Shown in pieces: positions 1-12,480 of a stretch of DNA of 64,000 nucleotides (positions are counted from its first letter, which is position 1; each line of letters begins with the position of its first letter). The stretch is from contig CM060731.1 of assembly GCA_030704615.1 (NCBI GenBank), positions 93,496,001-93,560,000 on the forward strand. The letters run 5' to 3'. The translations under genes were made by a program, and so were the position numbers. This DNA is from Takakia lepidozioides. Its lineage: Eukaryota > Plantae > Bryophyta. The notes below the pieces were generated by a model. It was not told the DNA's origin. It saw only the letters and a list, made by a program, of their open reading frames with translations, and ran no database searches.

Positions 1-1096
1 CACATAGAATGAAGGGTTTGACAGCGAAATAAGGACAAAAAGGGGGAGGAAGATGCAGGTTCCGATTGGGATTTCGCATCGGGCCTGTAGCTTCATGATG
101 GTGATTGGTTATAACTGCTAATGGAAGAGATGTAGACTTGGCAGTAGATATTTAAACGTTTCGATTATAACTTACCAATCTAACACCAGATAACCTTTGT
201 AAATCCTATCGAACTCTCCCTTCGAATTCGCATCGTCGATGCTTCCATATATGTCCATGAAGGTAACGTTCCAAATTTCTTCAAGTAGATGCAGTTCTCG
301 CCTATGATATGATCACCATGCTATCCTGCAATCATCGCATTTGAAGACACGACCCGTCGTTCAGCCATACTGTCGCACATTCCCTCTCTGCAAACTCCAC
401 ATTCCAAATGGCATCCTCTGCAGACTCTCACTTTACAGACTCAATGAAGAATGCGACTTAGTGCTCTACGGTAACTACAAAATGCTTGAGCTATATCAAA
501 CCAATATGAAACTAACACATGTACTAAGCTGATAGGATTTCGGCAAACATGGATGGATGAGCTCATCCAATGGATGGATCCATTCATGTATATGTCTTCA
601 AAATGACACGTGTACTAATAAAGTCATATAAATGCCTTTAAAATGCCATGTGTAGTGATGTAGTCATATATATAGAGTCATGAATCAATCTGCAGTCAAA
701 CAATCATAAGTTTACATGCCATGTCATGTTATGGATGAACTCGTCCTATGGATGAATACATTCGTGTATTTGCCTTCGAAATGATACGTGTAGCGATGTA
801 GTCGTATAATTAGAGCTGTGAAACCATCTCCAGTCATGGAGTCATAACATTCCATGAAACGTCGTCCACGTGTAGTCAAACATATCACACTAGTCATATA
901 AACCATCCCTGTCATTGTGGTCAACAATGTTTGACCAAAGCTTCATAACTTTCCGGAGTCATGTAGTGATATCCTACGTCATGTAGTGATAAAACTATGA
1001 CTGCAACGCATTTCAGCGCTCTGTAGTCATCTACCTAGTGTAGTTTTTATGACTCCGCCAAAGCCGTAGTCCTAAAAACGCTCATCTCTTGTAGTG
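1..1096. mobile_element. Right end of a CACTA (En/Spm) DNA transposon inserted into the A repeat of the Gypsy element
   Basis: 1081-1096 CTCATCTCTTGTAGTG is the reverse complement of CACTACAAGAGATGAG. Many short subterminal GTAGTCAT/ATGAC-type repeats lie at about 600-1075. Homology to the Gypsy A repeat (17708-18119) starts directly after 1096. Confidence 0.65.
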
Positions 1097-1538
1097 GAAC
1101 AAGCCTTAGTTCTTTTAAGTGAAATCCACTCTATCACATAAACTAAGTCAAGCCAAAGGCACCATTACTTAAGGAATCCACCCTACAAAGCCCTCAACAC
1201 ACTCCTTCTCAATACCTAGAGCTATGGTGGTGAGAAAGGCTCATGGAGGCTCAACTACAAGAAGATGAGCCCTCCTCAACCCTCACAAGGGAAAAACCCA
1301 TCCCCATGTCCCAAGTGAGGCTTGATACCTCACTTGGCATATGAGACCAAATGCAGTCCCAACACACAAAATATAAATATAAATATCTAAAATGTCATAG
1401 TTAACTAGAAATAGGTAATTCTAGTTACCCATGACTAAAACCATGACAGCTGTCGTGCAGGTCTAAGCATCGTGCCGCAACATACATCAATGTCCATCAC
1501 ACATTCTAAGCATACAATCCTAGAAAGCTATGTCACAA
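1097..1538 (-). repeat. B1-GC-A2 terminal repeats of copy 1
   Basis: The minus strand reads CCAGCTAGGGGGCCGA-TTGTGAC...CACGACA-GC-TGTCATGG. 1097-1448 aligns with 17708-18048. Confidence 0.85.
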
Positions 1539-1809
1539 TCGGCCCCCTAGCTGGTGATGAGGTCCTTCTAACATCGGATAGCTGACAAATATCCATCTCA
1601 ATAAGATCATCGTTGGGTCTTCAATCGCACATGTCCCAATTTTCTAAAGTTTATGGATCAAGAGGCCGGGTGCAAAGAGAGCCCCATCGTTAGTCGCCTG
1701 CATGCAATCCATGATCTTCAATTGAGTATCCATGGCGTTGAGCTCCCACCAGCTAGACCTTGGATCACTTGTCAACTCCATCATTGTCATCCCCATTACC
1801 TTTGTCCAA

Positions 1810-4800
1810 GGCATCGTGGACACAACCATTATCCGCTAGGAACCTCCTCAAGTGGTGGTGTTAAGCATCCCATGTGCCACCCCCTTGAGCATTTGTCACA
1901 TACCAACATGGTTGCGGCACCACCAACATGCCTACATAACATGCAACGTAACCCTGCAGGTACCACTGCAAGGTTGGGATCTATCCTCCCATCCACATGG
2001 GGAAGGTGACATGGCGCACAATTGCGCACATGGTCCTTCCATACCATGCCATCCCGACCCTCCAGAATCAACACTCCTGAAGGCAACACCTCCCGTACCC
2101 GTAAAGTCACACGCCCTGCTGTGACATCCAAGGTCGTAGGTCCTATCTGCTGTAGATACACATAATCCCCAAGGTTGAATCTCCAAACACCCAGTCGATA
2201 TCCGCCTCCACGTATGGTGACATACCTCAATATGTCTCAGTGTTGGGCAATAGCAAGGTTCTCAAAAGCCATAGGCATGACTTTCTTGAACAACTCTGCC
2301 TGTTGGTCACACACTTGTGTCCATACATCCGGATCATCAAGATCAAGGACTACTGCAGCCTCCCTGCGAATAGATGCAGGCAAATCTGGCTCTCGGCCGA
2401 AGAGAAGAAAGTAAGGTGAGAAGGAAGCAAGTGACGTTTGTTTGCTGAACCTATAGCCCATAGCCAACCAAGGCAGTTGAAGGTCCCAATCTCCCAGGTG
2501 TCCCTTCTGCAAACCGTACTTGTGCAAACCCCTCTTGACTGTCTGAACACCTCTCTCTGCCAAGCCATCAGCTTCGGGATGATCTCGAAAAGTAGTGTGG
2601 TGGTCTATCAAGGCTTGCTCACACAAAGCCTGAAACTCCCCCAAGAACTCTCTCCCCTGGTCCATGAGTACCTCGGCTGGAGCACCAAATTGGCTAAGCA
2701 CTCGATCTAAGAATGCATATACAGCCCCCTCACTTGCCTTGTCAAGCAATGCCACCAGTTCAATCCATATGGAGAAGTGTTCCACCATCACCAACACATA
2801 CTTGTTATGACAAATCGTTGGTGACAATGGGCATGCGAAGTCAAGACTCCAACGATAGCCCAATCCCATAATGGGTAAATGATGCAATTGTGGAATAGGT
2901 GCATTGAAGGAAGCACGCACCTTCACACACCATGCACCTTGCCACTAACTGCTGCACATCCGTGTGCATATCCCGCCACCAGTACTGCCATTGCAGCGCG
3001 CCGCACCCCAAAATGTCTCAACTCCTCATGGGCATGGCGTACCAATTGCGCTCGTTGTGTTGGATGAGGCACAATCCTCACTCGTCCATCCTCCCATACT
3101 CGGAGTAGATGAGTCCCCTCCCACTTGAACCTCTTGGCTCATTGTAGGATCCGATCTCTTCTCTTAACAGTCACACTGGATGTTGTCTCTCCGGTACAAA
3201 GGTAGGCTAACACTGCTGCATCTTCATGCACATCCTTAGCACCACCAAGCTCCTCACTGATCTCTGGATCGTCATGCATACTTTCTCCATGACCAATCAC
3301 ATGGGATGGACAAGCTTGAGCTCTCATTGCTAGAATGCACAAACAGGCAGATGCGTGCCATCCTGGCACCATCTCCTCGTTTGTCTCACCATGCCAACGA
3401 GCTCCTGTATCATCAAGCTCACTTGTGCATGGATTACGACTCAATCCATCCGCATCCCGGTTGACTATTCCGGCTCGATGAACCACCTGGAAGTCGTACT
3501 CTTGAAGCATAAGTGCCCCACGTGCAAGCTTCCATGTAAGCTTGTCTGACTCCATCAATCACTTGAATGATTGGTGATCCGTGACAAGGGTGAAGAGATT
3601 GCCATAGAGAAAGCATCTGAAATGTGTCACTGCCCATACTGCAGCTAGACACTCTCCTTCATATGAGCTATACTTCGCCTCAGCATCATTGTTCGAGTGG
3701 CTAGCATATGCCACTACGAACTCTCTTCCCTCATCATCCACCTGTGTGAGCACTGCTCCAATCTCCAACATACTCCAATCCGTGTGTAGCTGGAAAGGCC
3801 GCCCCCGAATAGGCCGCCTCAGAATAGGCGCAAAAGTCAATCGAGCCTTGAGTTCCTCAAATGCTTTCTCCTGCTTTTCTCCATACCACTCTGACCCACA
3901 TTGATTAACTTGGTAAGAGCTTCGCATGCTTTGCTAAATCTTTGACAAAACCGACAATAGTAGTTGCCAACCCCATGAAAGCACGAACTCTGCTTACATC
4001 TATGGGGCGGGAATGCGTGCAATGGGCCTCCACATTGTTGTTGAACACCCAATCCTCTAGGGTATATCATGTGGCCCAGAGATACCATCTGATCGTGGAA
4101 GAAACTTGCACTTTCCAGGGTGCAGTTTCAATCCATGCGCCCTCAAGCGCTCAAACACCACTGAAGGTATCTCTCATGCTCCTCAACCGTGGCACTAAAG
4201 ATGATGATGTCATCAATATAGCACCGGACAAAGTCTAGCTCTGCAAGAATCCTATCCATGACCTCTTTAAACTGTGAGGAACATTCTTCAACCCAAATGG
4301 TAAGAAGAGCCATTGGTACAAACAATCATTCCCATGCTTGTCAATCCCCATAATGCCGTCTTTGCTTGTCAGCCTCTTTGATGACAACTGGTGATAACCC
4401 GATCATAAGTCCAATCCAATGTGCTAAACACCTTCGCATGCCCAATGGCATCAAAGATTTTCTCTGGAGTTGACATGGCATATCTATCAGACATTAGTCT
4501 GACGGTTCACAGGATGACAGTCCCCACACATCTTCTTTCGTCCAATTGCCATATATGTCATTCTTAGCTGACATCACCGTTGCTAAGGCATTACTCCCCG
4601 ACATGACAACTCCACCAATCCGCTTTGAACAACTCCATAGTCCGTGGACTGGATCCAAAGACCTCCAATGTCACTTATACCTGTAGGGCCTTCGAAAAAT
4701 TGGCGTATCACTTGTCAAATCAATACGAATCTTCTGGCAATTCAAAGGCAAAGCAATTTCTATAAGCCATTAGAAATTGTTGGATCCTCCGTCTCTCTCC
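1810..4800 (-). pseudogene. RT-RNase H-integrase-PHD region of copy 1, with many stops and frameshifts
   Basis: CYIDDIIIF; LHTDWS...YSSYEGECLA; SLDFA...DQG...AER; CMLC...MLVCDKC...WHMGC. Confidence 0.9.
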
Positions 4801-5259
4801 TCCAGTGACTGTAGGTCCAACATCTGGTTCCCACTTGTCTGACTGCAAACTTGGGTACGCCAGGCTTGGAGGTAGGAGACACATCCTTTGGTTGATAGAT
4901 AGCAACCTATTGGCTTGTCCGCCCACCCTGACTAGGCGTAGCCTCCACTTGCTCCGCCATAGCCACCTTGAGAACATCATCTGCGCAAGAAACATCCTTA
5001 ACCTCTTCAAAAACCTTAGCACCTTGGCCTCCAATGATCCTCAGTGTATTGGCTTCCCCACTCCTATACTGCTGCTTGAGAGATCCAATGACTCTCTCTT
5101 TGCACATCTCATCCCACATCTGCCATGGGGGTTTGCCCCCCACGATCATGTGCTCGCCCCAATCATGCCTCCACCGTCCCGGTTGGCAGAGAGGGTGCAA
5201 ATACCAATAGAAGTGCAGAAATAGCCACCAATGCTTGCAATCTCCGTTGCTCAGCCATG

Positions 5260-6215
5260 CATAAGCCAATAACCCATGTCAGGCAATTTAGATCCATTGC
5301 TTGACCCAACACCCAACGGCGTGATGCCTCTGACAGAGCTGGCACAGTTGTAGTGCCCGTGGAAAACCCCATTGCCCGCTCTCGCTCATCCGCACTAGGC
5401 TCCACCAGTTGCTGTAGCGCATTGTCCCAAATCAACCCTGGACCATTGTCTCGAAAAGCATGAGACGAGGGAAAACTTATGAGTGTAGGCAAGGCCGCAT
5501 GTGGTTGCCCCACTCGATTGACCACCGCCAAAGATGGACGGTCATCATGTCGCACTCTCTGTGGTTGCCTCCCTTGGTCCAAAATGTCATCAACCATGAA
5601 GGGGTGGCCGTTGAATGGAATCATAGGCTCTCTTGAGCAACTCTGGTGGTACAAGATTGGTCCACCATAACCTAGGCCTACGTGCCCGTGACCCCACTGC
5701 ACCTGCATCCAATAATACAGCTGGTCCAATCCATGAACGACCTGATGCACACTAGCCATAACCCTGGCTCGAGAATCCCCCATAAGAGGAACATTCTCCA
5801 AGATATAGGCTACATGTTGCACTTGCCTCGTCTGCACGTCACGCAACACTCGCAATATCTCCCAAAACAAATACGATCGTGCATCATGCAAGCCATTCCC
5901 ATAACCTGCGGGAGAGTGTCCTTGGCAAGGCCATCCGGTTATCACCAAGTCAATGGGACCATGCCGGTCCAAATCATCCGCCCCCAGCAAGGTAATGTCT
6001 GCTGGCAAGGCCTTTTGATACCCTTGAATTGCTGATAGAGGCAACAACTCAGGATACCGGTGTGTGAGCAAGGCGATGTGGCGCATAGAAATACGCCGAG
6101 CAATCTCATCCTTCTCCACATACAAGTACTTGCGTACTTTAATCCCTGCTTGCAATACTCCTGCAAGCCCAGTGCTCATGCCTCCAAACAGGTCTAGCAA
6201 ATAAATCCCTAAGTC
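5260..6215 (-). pseudogene. DNMT3-like C5 cytosine methyltransferase domain of copy 1
   Basis: Motifs LLDLFGGMSTG (I), ITGWPCQGHS (IV), YILENV (VI), ERERAMGF (IX) and RRWVLGQAM (X). A stretch around motif VIII is out of frame relative to copy 2. Confidence 0.9.
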
Positions 6216-8068
6216 AGGTGGTTGCCAGGTAATGGGCACTATGTCCAAAGGAGCTAACTCAGGAGGTACAGGTGATGTCACGAAACTCCCCTCGCTCACC
6301 AATGGAAAGGCCTCCTGCCATGCTTGGTGCACACACTCGTCTGCTACTCGCTGCAAATTCCCCCACAGTGGAATATGCACAGGCATATGAAGAAGCAACT
6401 CAACATTGTTTGTCCTCATCAGATGGTGGCCTATCATCTGCATGGCAACCTTCTGGAGGGTATAATAACATTGAGGAATATTCAAAACTAGGAACAACCT
6501 TTCGGCAGTTACCCATCAAACAAGACTGAATGATAAAAACAACCTTATGTAAGATAAAACATTTTTTGCTCTTCCATCATGTACTCTCGCATGTACTGTT
6601 TGCCCATCACTAGTATGTCGGAGTTCAAGATGATCATGGTAGGTTGGGCCTAGTATACAAACGGTCTCTCTTTCAATATCTTCTACTACTTTTTGCCTGC
6701 TTTGTTTGCTTTGCAGCTGGATAACCTCACCATTTAGTCGCTTATTATTGATAATTGGTTTCCGTAGACTGTGTTCCCAACACTCGTTTGCACCCAACTC
6801 ACTGTGGTTGGACCTGACATGCATTTATCTTGATAGTTTGAGCTGCATTTAAAATAGGGCCTTCGTCATCTGACTATTGGTATGTACAAAGTTTCTACCC
6901 ACTCGGGTGCAAAATAATAAAGATACTCATAATAAAATAGATGTATTCATAGTTCTTAGATGATATTGATGTGATATTTCATCAACTGCAAAATTGCTTG
7001 TCAACAAAAGCGCAGATAATTAACTGGAATAACAACTATATTAAGTTGGATGGTCAGTTGGAGCCAGTATTATGATGGCATTTAGTGTAAGCACTCACTA
7101 CAAAACAGTAGAAGAGATGAAAGATCGACATAAAGTTTGTTCAATCACATTGTAGAACAGAGAGGGAACAAAAAATGGCACTTGGAATAAGATGCAAGGT
7201 CTACATACATCTTGAACACCTACAAATATATTCATGAAACAAGTCCTTGTACGCTGTTCATTTATTTACCCCAAATAAGATTGTAAATTTTGCAAGCATA
7301 TCTTTATAATTTAGCAAAGGTTGATTTGAAGCTTGCAGCTGGGTATCATGTACAAAACAATTGTCAACTTCAAACATACAAATATTTGTTTGTCATTCCC
7401 ATGATTGCTAAAAGGTGCAAAAAACCTAGGGTTGTGCCCTTTCAATATCTATAGATACACCCAGCATAAAAGCCCATTATAATATATCAGTGCCTTTTGA
7501 TTTGCTTATTTAATGCTCGTGTGATTAGGCCGTCAAGTTGGCCAGTAGACAATTTACTAACGATCGCCATTATGGTTAATTTGTCACTTGACAGTTTCTT
7601 ATATTCGCTAAGAAGTTAACATATGGGTTTGGCATGTCTGATAGATTAAATTAAAATGATGTGTAAGGAATTATGTTTTTGGCATAAATCTTTATTTCAA
7701 AATAAAGTACGAAACAAAGATATCAAATCTGTCGATTAGATTCGATTAAATTTATAAGTTAAATTTGTTAGATACTTAACATTTAAGTTTCAAATATTAA
7801 CATAAATTTAATGTAAAATTTTCAAGCAAGAATATGATATTAAAATTTAATTGCATTATAGTATGCTTCATTATGGTTGAAAAGTTTGAATAAAATAAAA
7901 TAGAATTCATCTCAATAATTATAATAAATGAATGTAAATTATTAAGGTACTAAAGCGGAGGGTTTGTCTGGAGTCCTTTGATAATTTCAAAAGAATAAAA
8001 AATATGTGCATATAGAAGGACATAGCACTAGCATATAGATTATATTGATTATTCTGTATATCATACCA

Positions 8069-8180
8069 GCAGTGTTTTTTTTTCTGGCAAAAAATCACCA
8101 GATTTCGACCTGGAAAATGGGTCAGCTACTTGTACAAAGGAATTATGGGGGTACAAATCGAAAAATTCGCCAGAAAGCGC
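8069..8180. mobile_element. Possible hAT-like/MITE terminus
   Basis: CAGTGTTTTTTTTCTGGCAAAAAATCACCAGATTTCGACC resembles the reverse complement of 31912-31954 (GGTCGCAATCTGGCGATAAATCGCCAATAAAAGAAACGCTG). The partner end was not found. Confidence 0.35.
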
Positions 8181-8712
8181 CAATGATTTCTAATTCATTT
8201 TCATTTTCATTGGCCCTTTAATAGTTTATCATCAGTCATTAGTTCAACTAATGCACCTATCACAGTCTTAGACTTTGATGACTTTAAAATGAACGAATTT
8301 ATGAACTGAACCACTTATTTTTTCATTCAACAAATTAGTCAATTGAAGTATTATTATAGGGATTAGTTAAAATATTTGATATAATAATATTAGAACGAGT
8401 CCCTGACAGCATGTTGATTAATTATTGTCAAATGTGAAATCGATGTCGTTCAATCAAATGAGACTTCAGAGCTTGTCATACAAAGACAGATTTAGTTGCT
8501 AATTGTGATAAGTACTCGCGATAATGTATGATATTTAATCATACAAAAATAAGTTAAGAATAATTTTGTAACCAAGTTGACGTTCATATTTCAGGTCCAT
8601 AGGTTTATAAGGACAAGGTCAGGTAGTGGGGGAAAAATATATAACTCAAGAGGCATAAATGCCAAGTCCTTGCATATAATGAGACAAACTCTCTAACACA
8701 TTAGTGCTTTAA

Positions 8713-9534
8713 CCCTTAAGTTCCCAAGCCCTTTTTTTACTTTTTACCAATTTTGGGTACCCAGCTGCGGTAAATTGCCCCTAGAAACCTACCAAAAATC
8801 ATCCAGAGATTCCAGGCTTATAGTAGTGGGCGCAGCTCATTTATGCATGACATACTAAAAAATGAGCCAAGTCCACCGTGGAAATTGTGAGATTATAGCG
8901 TTGGCCCAGACCTCAAATATGAGGTCCCAAAGAAAAAGTGAGAAAGAAATTGGTTTGACCAAATCAAAACGTAGCTTTATCCAATTTTACTTGCCCCAAG
9001 ACCCACCATTTCGAAATCAATAGTGGAGTGGCTATGACCCCACTAAATTGCAGGTCCAACTGATTTTTTCACCTATGGTTGCTATGCATGCAATTACATG
9101 GGGGTTGAAATCTCAAAATTGACAAGAGAAAATGTGCCTCCAAATGAAGTACTTTTTTTTCTACAAATTTTTTGAAAGCCAATGGTGGATGTGTGTATGT
9201 AATGCTCACACACCAGATGGTGAAGTGCTTTTTCCAAAATTGCTAATTTTTATGCCAAAAATGGCATTTGGAGTGCAATCTGTTTTGGACTTGTTTTACT
9301 GCCACGTCAGCGGTCAACAAGCCCTTTTCAGGCCCAAAACGTAAAAATGAGATCTAAGATATTTTTCGTAGGTCGCAGCTTTTGTTTTTTTTTAGTTTTT
9401 TTTTTTGCATCATACTCGAGACAAATCCCTTATCATTAAAGCTTCAGGAGTGGGCCCCATCAGATTAGATCTGCAAAAATTAGGTCCAACCTCAAATTCA
9501 AAGTGACCCGTCAGGTCGCTTGGGAACTTAAGGG
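8713..9534. mobile_element. Non-autonomous piggyBac-like element (822 bp)
   Basis: Perfect 17-bp TIRs, CCCTTAAGTTCCCAAGC (8713-8729) and GCTTGGGAACTTAAGGG (9518-9534). TTAA flanks both sides (8709-8712, 9535-9538). No transposase ORF inside. Confidence 0.8.
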
Positions 9535-10544
9535 TTAAGCGAATCGCACCTGAAGCCTTAACTCTCGTTTCTCTCTTTCTCTCTCGCATTGGATGAAAAA
9601 ATATTTGTCCTTGGAAACCATGTCCATTTTCATATTTATACTTCAAATAGAGATTCAAGGTAATCTGCCATTGGTGAGTCTTTATTTCCAAGCTTTCCTT
9701 CAAACTTTCTATTGTTTTCCTAAGACTTGTGTTGAGGTTTTGGTGGTATAATACGATGTCTGTTGCAAACTCCTCCTCCTTGCTACGTATATCAGAGTCC
9801 AACATGAACCGGACACTGCCAATCGATCAATGCATTCTTGACTTTGTTTTTGCATTTTAGACAGTTCTTCTATATGTTCATGATGCTTATGCCTATATCT
9901 TTTTATGTGACTTAAAAATTTATTTTTCAAGTTGAAAATTATTTTATGACCAAGAAAAACTCTGCTATTCTCTAGGATATGTTATTTTTGACCATACATA
10001 CTGATCGACAATATTCTATTTGGTTCGATATTATGACACTATGTGACATTAATCATTTTTCACATAACATTTAAGTGTGAAAGGACTCTTGTCAAAGTTC
10101 AATTTCTTAAAGTTTTTGTGCTTGATGAAGCGATTTTTTTTTTGCAGAGGCAAAAGAAATAGACACATCACGAGGTCTTTTTCATTTTTTCTAAAAAAAA
10201 CTGTTCATATTTTGTATCATTGAAATAAAAATTATATCCAATTTTAATATTTGATAGGTTTGCTTTAAAATTGTGTCTTTTCGTTTTAATGCTTTTGGAC
10301 CAAATGGAGTGAACAAACATATGGACAAAACATTTATTGGCTCCTCCCTAAAGAGGAGACTACCCATCAGTGTCAAAAAATGTCAACCGCTTGTTACACC
10401 TTCCCTGGCAGGTAACACCTGCTCTAAATGAACCTATCCTCAGATTACACACCTAGTCCTGCGCTCCTTCGGTAAAACATTTATGAAATTACATAATCAG
10501 CTAGATCTATTTTTCTTCGCAATTTTTTTAATTTTTTAATTTTT

Positions 10545-10630
10545 TAAGGGGAAGTAGCCCTTGACTCATATTTTATTAAGATTATTGAAGGAAAAACAAT
10601 ATTGAAGGGAAAATAATTAAAACCCTTTTT
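10545..10630 (-). mobile_element. Putative Helentron/Helitron-like terminus
   Basis: Inverted homolog of 33010-33072 (GGGTTTTAATT...CCCTTCAATA...short GGG/CCC hairpin), which lies downstream of an EEP endonuclease relic. Confidence 0.35.
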
Positions 10631-11349
10631 GGCCCGCTTTAAACTCACGAGGGTCGTGACTCGCGACGGATGAGCCGGAGAACTATAACGAATGCCAAAT
10701 GACGAATGAAAATGAAACATTCTAGAAACCGGCCTATCTTCCAATACTTGAGAGAGTCGAGACAGGTCCTTGCGAGCTTTGCAGGTGTGAGCAGTGAACA
10801 GCATGAGAGACTATGGACTATAGCAGCATGAACTATTGCACATGACTACAATTTAGGAGATTGCTTGTTATCGAGTTATTAGGGAAGTGGACAGGATAGA
10901 GTGGAATTTATCGACGATAGACTAGTCTGGTCTTGGTAGAGAGTTTAACATGCTTCCAGTTAACGTCTGACTGATCGAATTCCGGGGAAGCGGAAGAGGA
11001 GGGCCCCATGCCGCTGCCATTGGAGTGGGATGTGCCCTGGCCACACAGGAGTCTGGCCCGTTGCGCAACATCGGACAACAAACAGCCGTCAAAAGAGAGC
11101 GGCCGGGATTTGGTGGCAAGATCATTGCCATTTTCGCAGCCCTAAAAATGGAGGGCTCGGATGGGTTATGGAAACGGACGGTGGAGATCCTGCGCCGTCA
11201 GCGGACTGGCGGACTGGCAGACTGGCAGACTGGAGGGCAGCGGACTCATGGGGGGGGGCTGGCCGTGCGGCGGGCGGGTGGGGGGAGCCGGCGTCCGTGC
11301 ACGGGGCCCACCGGCCACATCGCACGTGCCCATTGAAGAGAGGCGCTTG

Positions 11350-11566
11350 AGACCCATCCGATTTCCTTTGCTGAGTGTCAAGTGTGAAAAAAAAAAAAAA
11401 AAAAAAAAGGTGGTGTGAACCGGTCTCTCTCTAACTACTTTCTTTTCAAGAGTGCAGGCACGTGGTTTAGAGGAAAACTGCCGGTCCTTCAGACCCATCC
11501 GATTTCCTGCTGAGAGTCAAGTGTGAAAAAAAAGAAAAAAAGAAAAAAAAAGGTGAGGTGTGAACC
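11350..11566 (+). repeat. Local direct duplication of about 70 bp with an A-tract
   Basis: AGACCCATCCGATTTCCT..GCTGAG.GTCAAGTGTGA(n)GGTG..GTGTGAACC occurs at 11350-11421 and 11491-11566. Confidence 0.8.
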
Positions 11567-12445
11567 TGACTTCAGGCTTGCAGACTCATTGAAAAGATGG
11601 ACCCTGTGCCCTTAGCCTTCACCTTGCATTTGCACTTGCTTTCCAGACCATATATGTACATATAAATCTGAAAGCTTATGCACCCTGTTCCTTCCTCCCT
11701 ATTGGCCCCTCTCACCGGACCTTCAATTTTTCCCCGAACTGCGCCAGGTGTGCACACTCTCCCACAGTTGGCCCCTGGAGGTGGCTGGACACACGGCTTC
11801 ATCCCATCGCCCTCCTGCTTCGCTCTACTGCACCCTTTCCTGCATCCCTATTGGTCGCTCCAGTCATCTCTCCTTTTTTGACCTCCAAAATTTTCCCAAC
11901 TGATGCTCAGTACTACCCTCTGTCCCCTTTCCCTTAAAAAACAAAAAAACAAAAAAAGTACATGTTTGGCCACCACAACACTCTTTGTGGGATTGCTAAG
12001 GTGTGCTCCAATTTTCTCAATTTTCTTTCCAGGGATCCAAGCTCCTTGTCCCAACCACACCAAACAGAGCGAAGGTCCACAGCTGTGCCAGCAATTGCAA
12101 AATGATGCGGCCCACAAGGGCCTCCCGTCTGCACCGAATCAACATTCTTGCGTTGTCTGACGGTTGATCCCCGTGCTCCAAAGAAGGGGCGGGGCTTAAA
12201 AGTTCACAACCTGTCGAGGGGGCTAGAGGCGCAGTGGAATTGTTGGTATCCTCAAATGCTGCCGGGTTTCTTCTTAGTGCCGAGGTGAGAGTGGCAGAGT
12301 TGAGGTACGGACTGGAGAGCTGCCTTGCGGGAATTATAGTAGAATTAGAGTGATTTTAGGCGTGAGATAGGGGAGGAGCATTGATGAAGGAGGGTAGGAT
12401 TGTGTTAGAGGAAGAGATTACCTCGTAGCTGGAGTCCATATGCTC

Positions 12446-12480
<35 letters not shown>
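12446..12480 (+). repeat. (TG)n(AG)n microsatellite directly before the putative start codon
   Basis: Seen directly; the ATG is at 12480. Confidence 0.9.

Larger units (their letters stand above)
1097..6460 (-). mobile_element. Decayed, 5'-truncated DNMT/PHD Ty3/Gypsy element (copy 1)
   Basis: Fragmented minus-strand ORFs are colinear with the 33149-44943 copy: DNMT (5163-6497), RT (YIDD, 4143-4325), RNase H (3559-3927), integrase (2237-2926), PHD (1829-2230). These are followed by a PPT (1539-1554), B (1451-1538), a GC spacer and a partial A (1097-1448). Confidence 0.92.

Noticed and set aside
7096-7120. CACTACAAAA possible CACTA end
   Set aside because: No partner TIR, TSD or subterminal repeats seen.
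6480-7560. Decayed minus-strand coding-like sequence
   Set aside because: No recognisable motif and too fragmented to name.
10922-12160. Overlapping GC-rich ORFs upstream of the phosphatase gene
   Set aside because: The translations are low-complexity in all frames, consistent with promoter or TE non-coding DNA.
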